From an uncultured bacterium (lineage in GTDB: Bacteria; Patescibacteriota; Gracilibacteria; UM-FILTER-43-11): DNA of 64,000 nucleotides. Every line of letters begins with the position of its first letter. The first letter of the stretch is position 1. The stretch spans positions 4,108 to 68,107 of the forward strand of contig CBDUQS010000001.1 in NCBI GenBank assembly GCA_965369815.1, given 5' to 3'. Both the position numbers and the translations under genes were made by a program. The notes under the pieces were generated by a model. That model was not told where the DNA came from and made no database searches. It saw only the letters and a list, made by a program, of their open reading frames with translations. This document shows positions 44,799 to 54,837 of this stretch, in pieces.

Positions 44799-45056
44799 AT
44801 GATTAAGAATATTCAAAAAATTACAATATTGGTTGCAGTCATTCTTTTTGCCTACATGTGTTATCAGGCCTTTTCATACAATAAGCCAAGGCATTGGGTA
44901 AAATATAATGAGCCAAAAACAGCAGCTTATACAACTCTAGATCAAGATGAGCAAATCCTTGATGAGCTTGATAGACAGGCTCGCTTTAGCACCTATAAGC
45001 CGGTTATTAAAGATTATTATGTTAAGCCTAGTATATTTCAACGTATTGTAAGATAG
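44799..45056 (+). CDS. small membrane protein, hypothetical (pilus cluster)
   Basis: Single N-terminal TM segment (ITILVAVILFAYMCYQAF). Position is conserved-looking, between pilO and pilC. Confidence 0.5.
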   Translation: MIKNIQKITILVAVILFAYMCYQAFSYNKPRHWVKYNEPKTAAYTTLDQDEQILDELDRQARFSTYKPVIKDYYVKPSIFQRIVR

Positions 45057-45099
45057 CCTAGTAAGAAGCTACTCACTACTTACCTACTAACAGAAAGTC

Positions 45100-46359
45100 A
45101 TGTACCTATTTACACTCACAGCATCGGATGCCTTTGGAAATAAGAAGAGGGTTGAAGTAAAGGCAAGGACACCGGAAGAAGCTTTGATAAATTTAAAAAA
45201 GGAAGGGTTTCGTGCTGAGCTTTCTGATATTACAGATGCAAAAAAAGATTCAATTTTAGCAAAGCTACAAAAGATTGATTTTACTAGCAGGTTATCAAGA
45301 ATTCCAAAAAAAGATATTTTCAGATTAATAAAAATGATTGGGAATTCTTTATCTCGAGGTAGGACATTAAGGTCAACTTTGGAGTTTATTGGGGAAAATG
45401 AAGATAGTAAGGCGCTAAAAAAAGTTATAGATCAATTAGTTGAGCGAATGGAAAAGCCTTTCACTAGTCAGGTAGAGGTGTTCAGTATCTTTCCTCAGTA
45501 TTTTGAAGAAGAATTTTTAGGAATTATTGAGGCGGGTGAAACATCATCAAACCTAGGACCTTACCTTGCAGATTATGTAGAGGAAAAAAAGAAACAGCAT
45601 GAACTTTCTGCGAAATTTAAAAGTGTTTTAACAAAAAGATTATTCACTTTACTTTTGGTTTTTGGTGTAGCTATTGTCGTTGTCCTTTTTGTAATTCCTC
45701 AATTTAAATCATTGTTTGGCGAGGAGGTTGAAATTCCATGGGCTATGAATGTTTTACTTGTGATTTCTAATTTTTTTAAAAAATTTGGAATTTATATCAT
45801 TATTGTTTTAACGCTAATAATAGCCTCTTTTTATTACCTTACAATTAATAGTCAGAAAATAAGGTGGTGGTGGCATGATTTTTTACTAAGTGTGCCGATT
45901 TTTGGAAAAACATTAAGAACTTATTACACAGCTCAGTTTTCATATTTATTATCCACACTACTCACAAAGAGCGTAGATATTGTCAAATCAATGCGCATTA
46001 TTATTAGGCAAAGTAATAATGTTTGCATGGAAAGAACCTACAGAAATTTAGTTAAATCAATGCAAGGTGGAGACGACCTATTTGAAGCAATTATAAAAGA
46101 GAACAATAAGGGGAATAATTATTTAATTCCATCAATTGTTCAGGCAGCAAAGGTGGGGGGCGCAACAGCCAGTCTCGGTGATACATTGATGGATGTCCGA
46201 AATGATTTAGATGAACTTTTCATTGTAAGATTGGAAAGAGCGATTAAGGGGTTTAGCCTAATTTTTTATGCGATTATTATTGTATTTGGTGTATTTATTG
46301 CCTATGCAATTGGAAGCGCCATTATAACATTCTACAACAATGCTCAGAGCCTTGTTTAA
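45100..46359 (+). CDS. pilC: type IV pilus platform protein (GspF/PilC family)
   Basis: Two T2SSF-type repeats, IIEAGETSSNLGPYLADYVEEKKK, three TM segments, 419 aa. Confidence 0.88.
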   Translation: MYLFTLTASDAFGNKKRVEVKARTPEEALINLKKEGFRAELSDITDAKKDSILAKLQKIDFTSRLSRIPKKDIFRLIKMIGNSLSRGRTLRSTLEFIGENEDSKALKKVIDQLVERMEKPFTSQVEVFSIFPQYFEEEFLGIIEAGETSSNLGPYLADYVEEKKKQHELSAKFKSVLTKRLFTLLLVFGVAIVVVLFVIPQFKSLFGEEVEIPWAMNVLLVISNFFKKFGIYIIIVLTLIIASFYYLTINSQKIRWWWHDFLLSVPIFGKTLRTYYTAQFSYLLSTLLTKSVDIVKSMRIIIRQSNNVCMERTYRNLVKSMQGGDDLFEAIIKENNKGNNYLIPSIVQAAKVGGATASLGDTLMDVRNDLDELFIVRLERAIKGFSLIFYAIIIVFGVFIAYAIGSAIITFYNNAQSLV

Positions 46360-46389
46360 TTGCAAAAAGGTAGGGAAAAACGCTATAAT
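46360..46389 (+). promoter_or_regulatory. sigma70-type promoter (TTGCAA-18-TATAAT) for the pilin gene
   Basis: ttgcaa at 46360-46365 and tataat at 46384-46389. Confidence 0.6.
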
Positions 46390-46425
46390 ACTCATTAAGA
46401 AAATTATTCAATAACTTTTATCAAT

Positions 46426-47040
46426 ATGAAAAACCATTTTCAGACTTCCTTCAAGCAACTTAAAGATAATCATTCGGGTTTTACTTTTGTGGAGCTTTTA
46501 GTAGTTATTGTAATAATGGCTGTCCTTGTTGCCTCTTCGGCTAATTACCTATTTTCACAAGGGGGGTCAAAGGCACGCGACGTTGAAAGAAAAAACGACA
46601 TTAAACAAGTTGCTGCATTAGTGGAGCAATTCTCAGCTTCATATGGGGAGCCACCAAATGGAGAGTTAAAAAATAGAAAAGCTTTAAGATACGATAGCTG
46701 TAAAGCAGATGATTATCAGGCATTGATGAAGTGTTTTAAGGAATTAAAATATGCAGATGGAGAAGGAGTCATTAATTTGGCTGAAGATCCGAAGCAAAGT
46801 ATCGAGAATGATGGGGGTAGAGTTTATCAATACTTGTATGGCGCAAATAACAATGGATGGAAGCTATGTACATTACTAGAAAACCAAACCGATCCTGACT
46901 TAAACGATAGTTATGAGGGGAGTGGTTCGTTTGGGAGTGAGAATGAGAGGGTTTATTGTGTTGTCGCCTCTAATAGAAAACTTGATTATATAAAAAGTGT
47001 TAATGCGGGCTCATTTGATTTGGACGCATTGAGTAATTAA
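46426..47040 (+). CDS. type IV pilin (major pilin candidate)
   Basis: ...KDNHSG|FTFVELLVVIVIMAVLVASS. It has its own promoter and a strong terminator. Confidence 0.85.
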   Translation: MKNHFQTSFKQLKDNHSGFTFVELLVVIVIMAVLVASSANYLFSQGGSKARDVERKNDIKQVAALVEQFSASYGEPPNGELKNRKALRYDSCKADDYQALMKCFKELKYADGEGVINLAEDPKQSIENDGGRVYQYLYGANNNGWKLCTLLENQTDPDLNDSYEGSGSFGSENERVYCVVASNRKLDYIKSVNAGSFDLDALSN

Positions 47041-47054
47041 TTTTTAATTTCAAG

Positions 47055-47080
47055 CTGATCTGTAAGTTTTTACAGATCAG
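47055..47080 (+). terminator. strong hairpin after the pilin gene
   Basis: ctgatctgtaa-gttt-ttacagatcag gives an 11-bp perfect stem. No clean T-run follows, so it may be a stabiliser or partial terminator. Confidence 0.6.
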
Positions 47081-47228
47081 AAATGAGGTTGAAATAAAAA
47101 ACAAAAATAAACTCAAAATTTTTGAGCCGGTTTTTCCATGCAATGGCACAGGTTGCCAGATGTATAAAAATATAATTTAATTAAAATTTTTTATTAAAAG
47201 AACTAACTTAAACAGCAAAGGGTTTACA

Positions 47229-47867
47229 ATGATAGAGTTACTCGTGGTAATGACATTAATGGCGTTTGTTCTGGCAATGGCAGTACCCTTCGTAGAATCA
47301 ATTCGTTCTGACATTGCAATGCGAAAGACTATCAGACAGGTAAAAACAGATTTAGTGACTAACATTGGTTATTCTTTGGCCGGAAAATCGATAGCAGCAC
47401 TGGTACAAGGAGACTTAATGAACCCAAGCCTCATACCAAGCCATTACGCTCTTTATTTAAAAAAAGATGACGAATCCGGAAATCCAACACCGTACAGATA
47501 TGTAGAGTTGAGGTCTGAAATTGAAAGTGGCGGCTCCCAAAGGATTAAGGTGCTTTATCAGATAGAAAAAGAAATGCCTTCGCCAGCAGTTTACATAAGT
47601 GATATTAGATTAAGAAAATCCCAGTCTGATTCAGGTAGTTCAGTTGATTCAGCATATATGTTTTTTACCCCCCCTTTTGGCAAGATATCTTTTGTCAGCG
47701 GATATGATTCTTTGATTGAAAATAATACAGCATCTTTTGATCCCATCGTAGTCCTTGGGGGAGCAAGAGATATTCAGAAGATTGAAATTGATTTTAAATA
47801 TAAAGATGATGAAGATTCGATTACAACTCTTTCTTTTGGGGCGGATAAGATTATTAATATATATTAA
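47229..47867 (+). CDS. pilin-like protein whose prepilin leader lacks a canonical start codon
   Basis: The ATG ORF begins MIELLVVMTLMAF. The in-frame upstream codons read IKRTNLNSKG-FT before it, back to a taa at 47178. The only start-like codon there is ATT at 47193. Confidence 0.7.
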   Translation: MIELLVVMTLMAFVLAMAVPFVESIRSDIAMRKTIRQVKTDLVTNIGYSLAGKSIAALVQGDLMNPSLIPSHYALYLKKDDESGNPTPYRYVELRSEIESGGSQRIKVLYQIEKEMPSPAVYISDIRLRKSQSDSGSSVDSAYMFFTPPFGKISFVSGYDSLIENNTASFDPIVVLGGARDIQKIEIDFKYKDDEDSITTLSFGADKIINIY

Positions 47868-47869
47868 AT

Positions 47870-48841
47870 ATGTACGCAATTCTCATCTCCATAGCATTGG
47901 CAATCTACAGTTTGATTTTAATAGATTTCACCCTTCTTTTTCAGGAAATATCAGTGAATGCAGATGTAGTTACTTCAACGCAGGCACTTTACGCAGCAGA
48001 AGGAGCGCTGGAAAATACATTTAGCATTGTGGGAACATCAGACTTAGCCAATATAAATATTAAATTTATTAACGAAAAAGAGATCAGTGTAAATAATCAG
48101 AGTGATGAATATTTGCTTTATAACGAAGGTGCAAATTCATTCTATATAAACAGACAGCTAAGCCTCGATGAATCAGATATGAGCGTTGCAGACGGGTTTA
48201 ATCCGGATAATAGGGTGGTCACAAGTGGAGCTTATCTTTCGGACGGTCAGACGATGGATCAGAAATCTTATTACGGACTAGAGCCTCAAAAATCCAGATC
48301 CTTTGTGCTAAGAGAGGTGGATATGGAAGATTTATTTAGTGAAATAGGATTTGAATATAATCAGGGAACAGAAAATTCAGAGTTGCTTTTTGAAGTATTT
48401 ATTTCCCCAAGAGAGGGGTCTGATATTGTTTTTTCAGATTTTGAAACACTGAAAAATTCTCCGGAAGCTTCACAGATGAAACGCGTTGTTATCAACACAA
48501 AAGATATCTATTCAACGGGCTTGGGTGAGGATTTAACTGTGCATTCAAATGTGATTAGTGGAAATTACAAAAATGAAATTACCATATCGGGATTTAGGTC
48601 TTGGGATTTTAATTACATTTTACGTTTCCAAACTCTAAACAACGAGCCAATTCACTTTAAGTTGTATGCAAAAAATAACGGACAATATGTAATGCTTCCC
48701 AATATGATGCAGACCATTGATATTATCGGTGCTACATCAACCGGTTTATATCAGAGGATTAAGCTGCAAAGACAAGCAGAAGAGGGCTTGATGCCAGGAC
48801 TTAATTTTACACATTTTAGTGATGGGGATGTTCATAAATAG
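47870..48841 (+). CDS. PilX-like N-terminal domain protein (pilus-associated)
   Basis: N-terminal hydrophobic helix followed by TSTQALYAAEGALE, resembling the PilX_N motif. Confidence 0.65.
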   Translation: MYAILISIALAIYSLILIDFTLLFQEISVNADVVTSTQALYAAEGALENTFSIVGTSDLANINIKFINEKEISVNNQSDEYLLYNEGANSFYINRQLSLDESDMSVADGFNPDNRVVTSGAYLSDGQTMDQKSYYGLEPQKSRSFVLREVDMEDLFSEIGFEYNQGTENSELLFEVFISPREGSDIVFSDFETLKNSPEASQMKRVVINTKDIYSTGLGEDLTVHSNVISGNYKNEITISGFRSWDFNYILRFQTLNNEPIHFKLYAKNNGQYVMLPNMMQTIDIIGATSTGLYQRIKLQRQAEEGLMPGLNFTHFSDGDVHK

Positions 48842-48904
48842 CGGCTAGTTACTAGTAGCTAGTTTAGCAAAAAATTACCCATTGCCCATCACTCACTATC
48901 CACT

Positions 48905-50821
48905 ATGAAACCTATAAGTAAAAAAACTATCGGATTCGTAATACTATTCGCACTCACTGCGATAGTGGTTGCAAAAGCAAGTGTTCCTTACAGTATTTCA
49001 GTAAAATCAAAAAATACAGAAGAATATCCACGGGTGATATTAGAAATGAGCATAAGTGGAGAGCAGAACAATTACTACGCCAGAGATTTTAAGGTTATTG
49101 AAAATGAAGAGAGGAACATTGGCCCCATGGTTTTATTGAGCCCCTCTATCCTTAAAGATTCAGTTGAATTAAGGGTATTATTAGATAATAGCGGGAATAC
49201 AAAGAGATATGAAGAAATAATCAAATCCAATATAAAGGCTCTTGTTGAATATATAGATTCACAAGTTTCAAGCTTTAGGTTGATCATAAATACTATTGGA
49301 GGGGGGGAGACGTCAATTTCAATAAATAGTGTAGATACACTATATCAGGTAGATGGAATAAGCTTTTCAGATACTCCGACTATTTCGAAATACGATTTTT
49401 CTAAAATAGATAATTTAGTAGCAGGGTCCCCTGTGAGTTCAGAGAAAATAGCGCTAATAATAAACGGAGGAAGATTTCATGTCGATAATGAGCGAGCTAG
49501 CCTTAGAAGTGCTACCTCCGCTCTTGCAAGTAATGGTTATAAAACATTTGTGTACGGACATCCGACAAGTTCTCTGTATCCACTTAAGCCTGACAACATT
49601 CATGCCGAAGATATAAGTTTATTCCGCGACGTTCAGGGTGGGTTTATGGGCACATTTAATGCGGATTTATCGATTATATACGATCTCATTAAAAAAACTT
49701 ATTCTGGAAATTCCGTAATGCATTATTATACAAACAACCCCCCTGAGTCAGGCGGTATTTCTGAAATTTACATAGATGACTACAAAGTAGAGACAATATC
49801 ATTGCCTGCACCAGGATTGGAAAGGCCAACAATAACATCTGGATTATCTTCAGGTATTGATAGTCAGGGGCTATTATCTATTGATCTTCGCATCAAACCA
49901 GAATCAAAAATGATTAACGGTGTCATGATGAAATTTCATAACGGAGAAGGGCCAGCTTTACAGGGGCTTATTAGGGATAGAGGTAATGAGGGGGCGGACA
50001 ATCTGTATGCAGGGAAGATAAATATTCCAGAAAGCATTGTTAATTCTTTTTATGACGATGAATATACAGGTAAATATATCAGATATTTTATAACTGCCCA
50101 CACCCCGTATGCAAAAATCACTACAGAAGATTCTCCAGCTTCCATTCCAATACTTTTATATGACGAAGGGATCACTTTTTATTCTCAGAGTGTTAATAAT
50201 GGAAATCAGATTATTTGGAATTGGGATAAGATAGGGGCAAAGAAATTTGAAGTTTGGAAAGGAAATACAAAAATTCGTTCTGCTGATTCTGAAAAGAAAA
50301 TAATACTAGATACAGATGGGTGTAATAGATATCCGATAATCAAAGTAAGAGCATCTAATGTGTCGAATCCAGGCTCCTATGATTGGGGATATTTTTCAAA
50401 GCCTATGGAAATTTTTGTAGGTCAAGATAGCGTGATTACAGAGTGGGAAGCAATCGATATTATGATGAATTGTATAGATTTAGATAAAAGAGAGGTGTCA
50501 TCCCTAAATTCTCTAATTAATAATGATCCTGAATATTCTTCGGATTCTAATTTAACGACAGAGAGAATGTTGCATTATTTAACAGGCATTGTGCAAGGTG
50601 ATGTGCGTGATGAGATAGTAGGTCAAAAATACTCACTGCTTTATTATATTATGAATTTTATAAGCAATTCAGAATACGATCTTTATAAAGACGGAGAGGT
50701 GAAAAAATCAGTACTATATAAATTAATTACCAATATAAATCAAATAAACGACTTATCCGAAAGGTTTGACCTTGCGTTGCATGAGTTGTCGATAAGATTG
50801 CTTGGAAGTTCTGCTATTTAA
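48905..50821 (+). CDS. 638-aa secreted protein, possible vWA-like N-terminal domain (PilY1-analogue candidate)
   Basis: Signal peptide. VLLDNSGNTKRYEEIIKSNIKALVEYI resembles a degenerate MIDAS/vWA start. Confidence 0.6.
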   Translation: MKPISKKTIGFVILFALTAIVVAKASVPYSISVKSKNTEEYPRVILEMSISGEQNNYYARDFKVIENEERNIGPMVLLSPSILKDSVELRVLLDNSGNTKRYEEIIKSNIKALVEYIDSQVSSFRLIINTIGGGETSISINSVDTLYQVDGISFSDTPTISKYDFSKIDNLVAGSPVSSEKIALIINGGRFHVDNERASLRSATSALASNGYKTFVYGHPTSSLYPLKPDNIHAEDISLFRDVQGGFMGTFNADLSIIYDLIKKTYSGNSVMHYYTNNPPESGGISEIYIDDYKVETISLPAPGLERPTITSGLSSGIDSQGLLSIDLRIKPESKMINGVMMKFHNGEGPALQGLIRDRGNEGADNLYAGKINIPESIVNSFYDDEYTGKYIRYFITAHTPYAKITTEDSPASIPILLYDEGITFYSQSVNNGNQIIWNWDKIGAKKFEVWKGNTKIRSADSEKKIILDTDGCNRYPIIKVRASNVSNPGSYDWGYFSKPMEIFVGQDSVITEWEAIDIMMNCIDLDKREVSSLNSLINNDPEYSSDSNLTTERMLHYLTGIVQGDVRDEIVGQKYSLLYYIMNFISNSEYDLYKDGEVKKSVLYKLITNINQINDLSERFDLALHELSIRLLGSSAI

Positions 50822-50829
50822 TAAATACA

Positions 50830-53800
50830 GTGAATCGATTTTTAACCCAAATCCATAGGATCAGTAAACTTTTTCTAGCCATCCCAGCGTTTGCTCTTTT
50901 GGTATTCATTCTTTTTTCCTTTTCCACCTCTACCCAAGCCTCTTTTTACGATGTCCCCTCAGATTCCATCTTTGCCCCTCATATCAACGAACTATTCACA
51001 CACAATCTCATCACCGGATACACCGACCTTAATGGAAATCCTACAGGGAAATATGGCCCTAATAACACCATTAAACGATCAGAATTCGCAAAGATCTCCG
51101 CCATCATAAAACTTGCTGAACTCTACGGTAATGAAGAAGGTTGGCAGGATATGAGTGAGGATATGCTCATCAAAACCCTCGAAAGCAAAATGAAATACTA
51201 CCATCAGTGTAGTAACCCTATTTCAAGCTGTTCTACTACTTACGGAGCAGATCTAAGAGGTGTATGTAACGTATGCTCCATTACAGGAGGAGTTCCTTTC
51301 CCTGATGTTGGGGAGGATCAGATTGACTGTCAAAGTAAAGGGATCTGCAATTGGTATTTGAAATATGTTTACTATTTGGCCAGAAAAGGAACAGTAAAAG
51401 GTTACCAGAATTATAATCCTCCAAAATACATACCAACCAATGATATTCTCCGTATTCATGCTCTTAAGATGATCATCGTAGATAACGGCAACATCTCACC
51501 CGAATCCGATGCGAGATACTCTAGGCTGAGTAGCCTAGCTGATTCAAAAAAATCCAACACACCCAAATGTATATATGGAGCAGAAAGCTACATCAGAGAT
51601 AGGAATGGAGGAGATACAGAAGATTCCAACAAGCTCCTTAAATACGCAGTACTCGCAGACCGCTTAGATCTTTTTGGCAATGACTGTCAGGTGATCACCG
51701 ATGCGGGGTACGACAAAAGCAACCCTAAAGAAGTAGCTCATTTCCTTCAGCAGGAAGTACTCAGAAAAGAAATACCCCGTTATCTTTCTATCACCACTTC
51801 TTACACTCCCATAGAACCCGACCCAGTTACAGATACTACTATTAATACCAAAGAAGAAAATCTTTACACGGAAACTATCGCCGATGAACCTTATGAAATC
51901 CCCATCTTCATCGATCCTACACCAGATGGCAATGAGAACACTGGCATTGTATTCACAGAAACATCCACCACAGAGACTATTCTAAAAGACAACACCAGAA
52001 TCATCCTGAACAAAGAAACAGGGCAGTACACCGTACAGGACATCGCTACTGGCACCGTTCTTGAAACCGGAACCGCAGAAGAAGGAACCGTTGTTCAAGA
52101 AATTGCAGAAACCATTAATACCGTTGTATTGGAAGAGAAGGTGGAAGAACAGCGGGAGATGGAACAGGGTGATGTACAGGTGGAAAGAAAAATGCCCCGT
52201 ATTCCTGAGGCGCATAGGAAGCAAATTGAGGATAATCCACAAGAAGAGATAGAGGAGGTGGTTATCGCAGATACCTCAAAAGCATCCATAATAACGACAA
52301 AATCAATTCAGATCTGTACAGGCTCTGGTTGCGAAACAATCCCCGCAGGGAAAGTCTTAGATGCCTTAGCGGTAACAAAAAGCAGGAGTGGAAACTATTA
52401 TCAGAACGTCAATTACGATGGGGTTCTATATCAGGTTAATTGCGATGATGTACAAAATGTAGGTTGTGTTGATGCTGGATGGAGGCAGGATACGGCTACC
52501 GAAACAGTCGTCGTTGATACTGAGCCTGGTGATAATCCTTTATTCGATATAATTTCACCCTCATATTACGGAGAGGGGGTTGATAGTTTTGTAAATTGGG
52601 TCACCGAGCTAAACAATAGAATGACTCAAATTAAACAAGCTCTTGAGAGTCACTATGACAAAGGAAATACGGTAGAGAAAACCAAGAATTGGGGGCTTGT
52701 AGGTAAGGATAGGGATAATTGGGAGTATAATTATGTTGTGAGGTGGGCTGAGGCGAAAAAGGTGGAGGAAGCTTTGGAGGCCCTTAATGTGAAAAGATTA
52801 TTTAAGACTAGTATCGCAAAAGTAAATATTCGAATGGAAACAAAAGCAAAATCTCATTTGCTAAAGACAATATCTGCTGAAAAAACTGGAATAACAGTAA
52901 TCGGAAAGGCAGTACGTGGTGAATATGTAGATGCTTATAAAACTGATAGGTGGTATATGGTGAAATGTGATGAGTGTAAAGACAGAAGTGGAAAAGTTGT
53001 TGCTGAAGGTTATGTTTTAACCACACTGTTGCACGCGGTTCAATTGGGAGATAAAGATACTAACTACGTTAAGATTGATGATAAATTTTCTCATTCTGGT
53101 TTTAATAGAGGGAAAAGCAAGGTTACTGGCATTGTTCTTCATGCAACTTTAGGTAATGGTTCTGCGGCTAATGATAGAAATTCAATTAAGAAAAGTGGAA
53201 GGTTGAATGGTGTTGGAGCCCATTATTATGTTGATAGAGATGGCAATATTGCACAAGCTTTACCAGATTATAAAAAAATTCACCATGCTGGATATAATGG
53301 CCCTTGGCCAAATGTAAGAAAAAATGGAAGCAATTTTACTATCGGAATTGAAATCTCGAATTATGGACCAATAAAGATAGAGGCAAAGAATAATGAGACA
53401 ATTAAAAAGAATGCGTATAACAGAAATACAAATGTTGATACCCTTAATGTAAAGAGTGTCTATAGCAAAGTATGGAAAGTATGGAGCTATTTTCAGACTT
53501 CAAAAAGCAAGGGGATGAGTGGAAATGTTACCTGGGCAGGCTTCGGAACAAATGCGAATGAAAAGGTCGAAACTTGGCAAACGTATACAGAAAAGCAATT
53601 AAAAAGTGTAGTATTGCTATTGGATTATCTTGAAGAAAGATATGGTATACCCTCAAATAACTTCTTTGAATACAGCAATCCAAATACTTATGATGGGTTA
53701 AGCGATGCAGAGATTAAGAAAAATAGTCATTATTATTACCCGAGAAATGCAGAGGAAAGAAAGAAATATAATGATTTATTGTATGATTGGAACGGTATTT

Positions 53801-53895
53801 ATCAGCATCATAATGTAACTGGCAAATTTGATGCTGGACCTGGTTTAAATATCGATGAATTGACCAGGGTGAGAAAAGAATTATTTTCCGAATAG
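50830..53895 (+). CDS. SLH-domain / SH3-like / N-acetylmuramoyl-L-alanine amidase (amidase_2) cell-wall protein
   Basis: GTG start. N-terminal SLH (FYDVPSDSIFAPHINELFTHNLITGYTD..RSEFAKI). C-terminal VTGIVLHATLGNGSA...GAHYYVDRDGNIAQ...HHAGY...TIGIEISN. Confidence 0.82.
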   Translation: MNRFLTQIHRISKLFLAIPAFALLVFILFSFSTSTQASFYDVPSDSIFAPHINELFTHNLITGYTDLNGNPTGKYGPNNTIKRSEFAKISAIIKLAELYGNEEGWQDMSEDMLIKTLESKMKYYHQCSNPISSCSTTYGADLRGVCNVCSITGGVPFPDVGEDQIDCQSKGICNWYLKYVYYLARKGTVKGYQNYNPPKYIPTNDILRIHALKMIIVDNGNISPESDARYSRLSSLADSKKSNTPKCIYGAESYIRDRNGGDTEDSNKLLKYAVLADRLDLFGNDCQVITDAGYDKSNPKEVAHFLQQEVLRKEIPRYLSITTSYTPIEPDPVTDTTINTKEENLYTETIADEPYEIPIFIDPTPDGNENTGIVFTETSTTETILKDNTRIILNKETGQYTVQDIATGTVLETGTAEEGTVVQEIAETINTVVLEEKVEEQREMEQGDVQVERKMPRIPEAHRKQIEDNPQEEIEEVVIADTSKASIITTKSIQICTGSGCETIPAGKVLDALAVTKSRSGNYYQNVNYDGVLYQVNCDDVQNVGCVDAGWRQDTATETVVVDTEPGDNPLFDIISPSYYGEGVDSFVNWVTELNNRMTQIKQALESHYDKGNTVEKTKNWGLVGKDRDNWEYNYVVRWAEAKKVEEALEALNVKRLFKTSIAKVNIRMETKAKSHLLKTISAEKTGITVIGKAVRGEYVDAYKTDRWYMVKCDECKDRSGKVVAEGYVLTTLLHAVQLGDKDTNYVKIDDKFSHSGFNRGKSKVTGIVLHATLGNGSAANDRNSIKKSGRLNGVGAHYYVDRDGNIAQALPDYKKIHHAGYNGPWPNVRKNGSNFTIGIEISNYGPIKIEAKNNETIKKNAYNRNTNVDTLNVKSVYSKVWKVWSYFQTSKSKGMSGNVTWAGFGTNANEKVETWQTYTEKQLKSVVLLLDYLEERYGIPSNNFFEYSNPNTYDGLSDAEIKKNSHYYYPRNAEERKKYNDLLYDWNGIYQHHNVTGKFDAGPGLNIDELTRVRKELFSE

Positions 53896-53919
53896 TTTTA
53901 TAAAATCTATATAATCAAT

Positions 53920-54786
53920 ATGCGAACATTGTTAATTATTACATTGTTTTTAATCTCTTCATTTAATGTATCTGCAGATATAGTAAATAGTGAAAATTCA
54001 AATTTTAAGATAAAAGAAACTGACAGTTATGGCTTAGCCTTAGAATATGCAGGGGAAGATATTTTAATTCAGGAGTATACAGGGCTAGATAGGATTGAGG
54101 CAGTTTCCTATATGGATTATATTATTTATAACGGCGCCGCTGGCATTGGACTTTTTATTTATGATGTCGCCAGCAAACAGTCATATTTACTGAATAGACC
54201 AGGCAGTTATAATTCAGCAATTTTTTATAATAAATTTGATATAGTTAACGATAAGCTATTTATCGACGTTGGGATAGAGGCTGCATCTATGCCAAAGATA
54301 TGCATATACGACTTACAGAAAATGAGTAAAGTATTGGATGGTATAGATGATATAGCCAATTTGCTGCAGGAAGCTGAAGATTCGCAATACTCAAGCCTGA
54401 AGAAATTCACGGAAAATGAAGACATATCATATTGCACTATTGATGATGGCAAATATTATTATGAAGCAGAATTTACCAGTGACGAAAAGTTAAATTATAT
54501 TCTTTGTGAGGACAGTATCTGTGAAGAGGAGGATTTTGATGGGGGTAAGGTATATGAATCTGATTGGAATGGGGAGAATATCGAATTAATCGAGGTCTTC
54601 GATGAAAATAATGAGTATATTAAAAGTAATGAACAATTGGGCAATGATATTGTTAGGAAGAATGATGACAATAAGGCATCAAAAATATTTGACCCCCTAT
54701 ATATTTCTATCTTGCCAGTGATGTTTATATTTGGAGTAGTTGGTTTTACCTTAAGCAAGAAGACAAGGCGTAAAAATAAGAAGTGA
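53920..54786 (+). CDS. hypothetical protein with signal peptide and C-terminal TM anchor
   Basis: MRTLLIITLFLISSFNVSA..., and a C-terminus ISILPVMFIFGVVGFTLSKKTRRKNKK. Confidence 0.6.
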   Translation: MRTLLIITLFLISSFNVSADIVNSENSNFKIKETDSYGLALEYAGEDILIQEYTGLDRIEAVSYMDYIIYNGAAGIGLFIYDVASKQSYLLNRPGSYNSAIFYNKFDIVNDKLFIDVGIEAASMPKICIYDLQKMSKVLDGIDDIANLLQEAEDSQYSSLKKFTENEDISYCTIDDGKYYYEAEFTSDEKLNYILCEDSICEEEDFDGGKVYESDWNGENIELIEVFDENNEYIKSNEQLGNDIVRKNDDNKASKIFDPLYISILPVMFIFGVVGFTLSKKTRRKNKK

Positions 54787-54837
54787 GATTGCTAACAATA
54801 TGGAAGATTTAGAGACCAAGAGGTGGGGGTATAAGAA

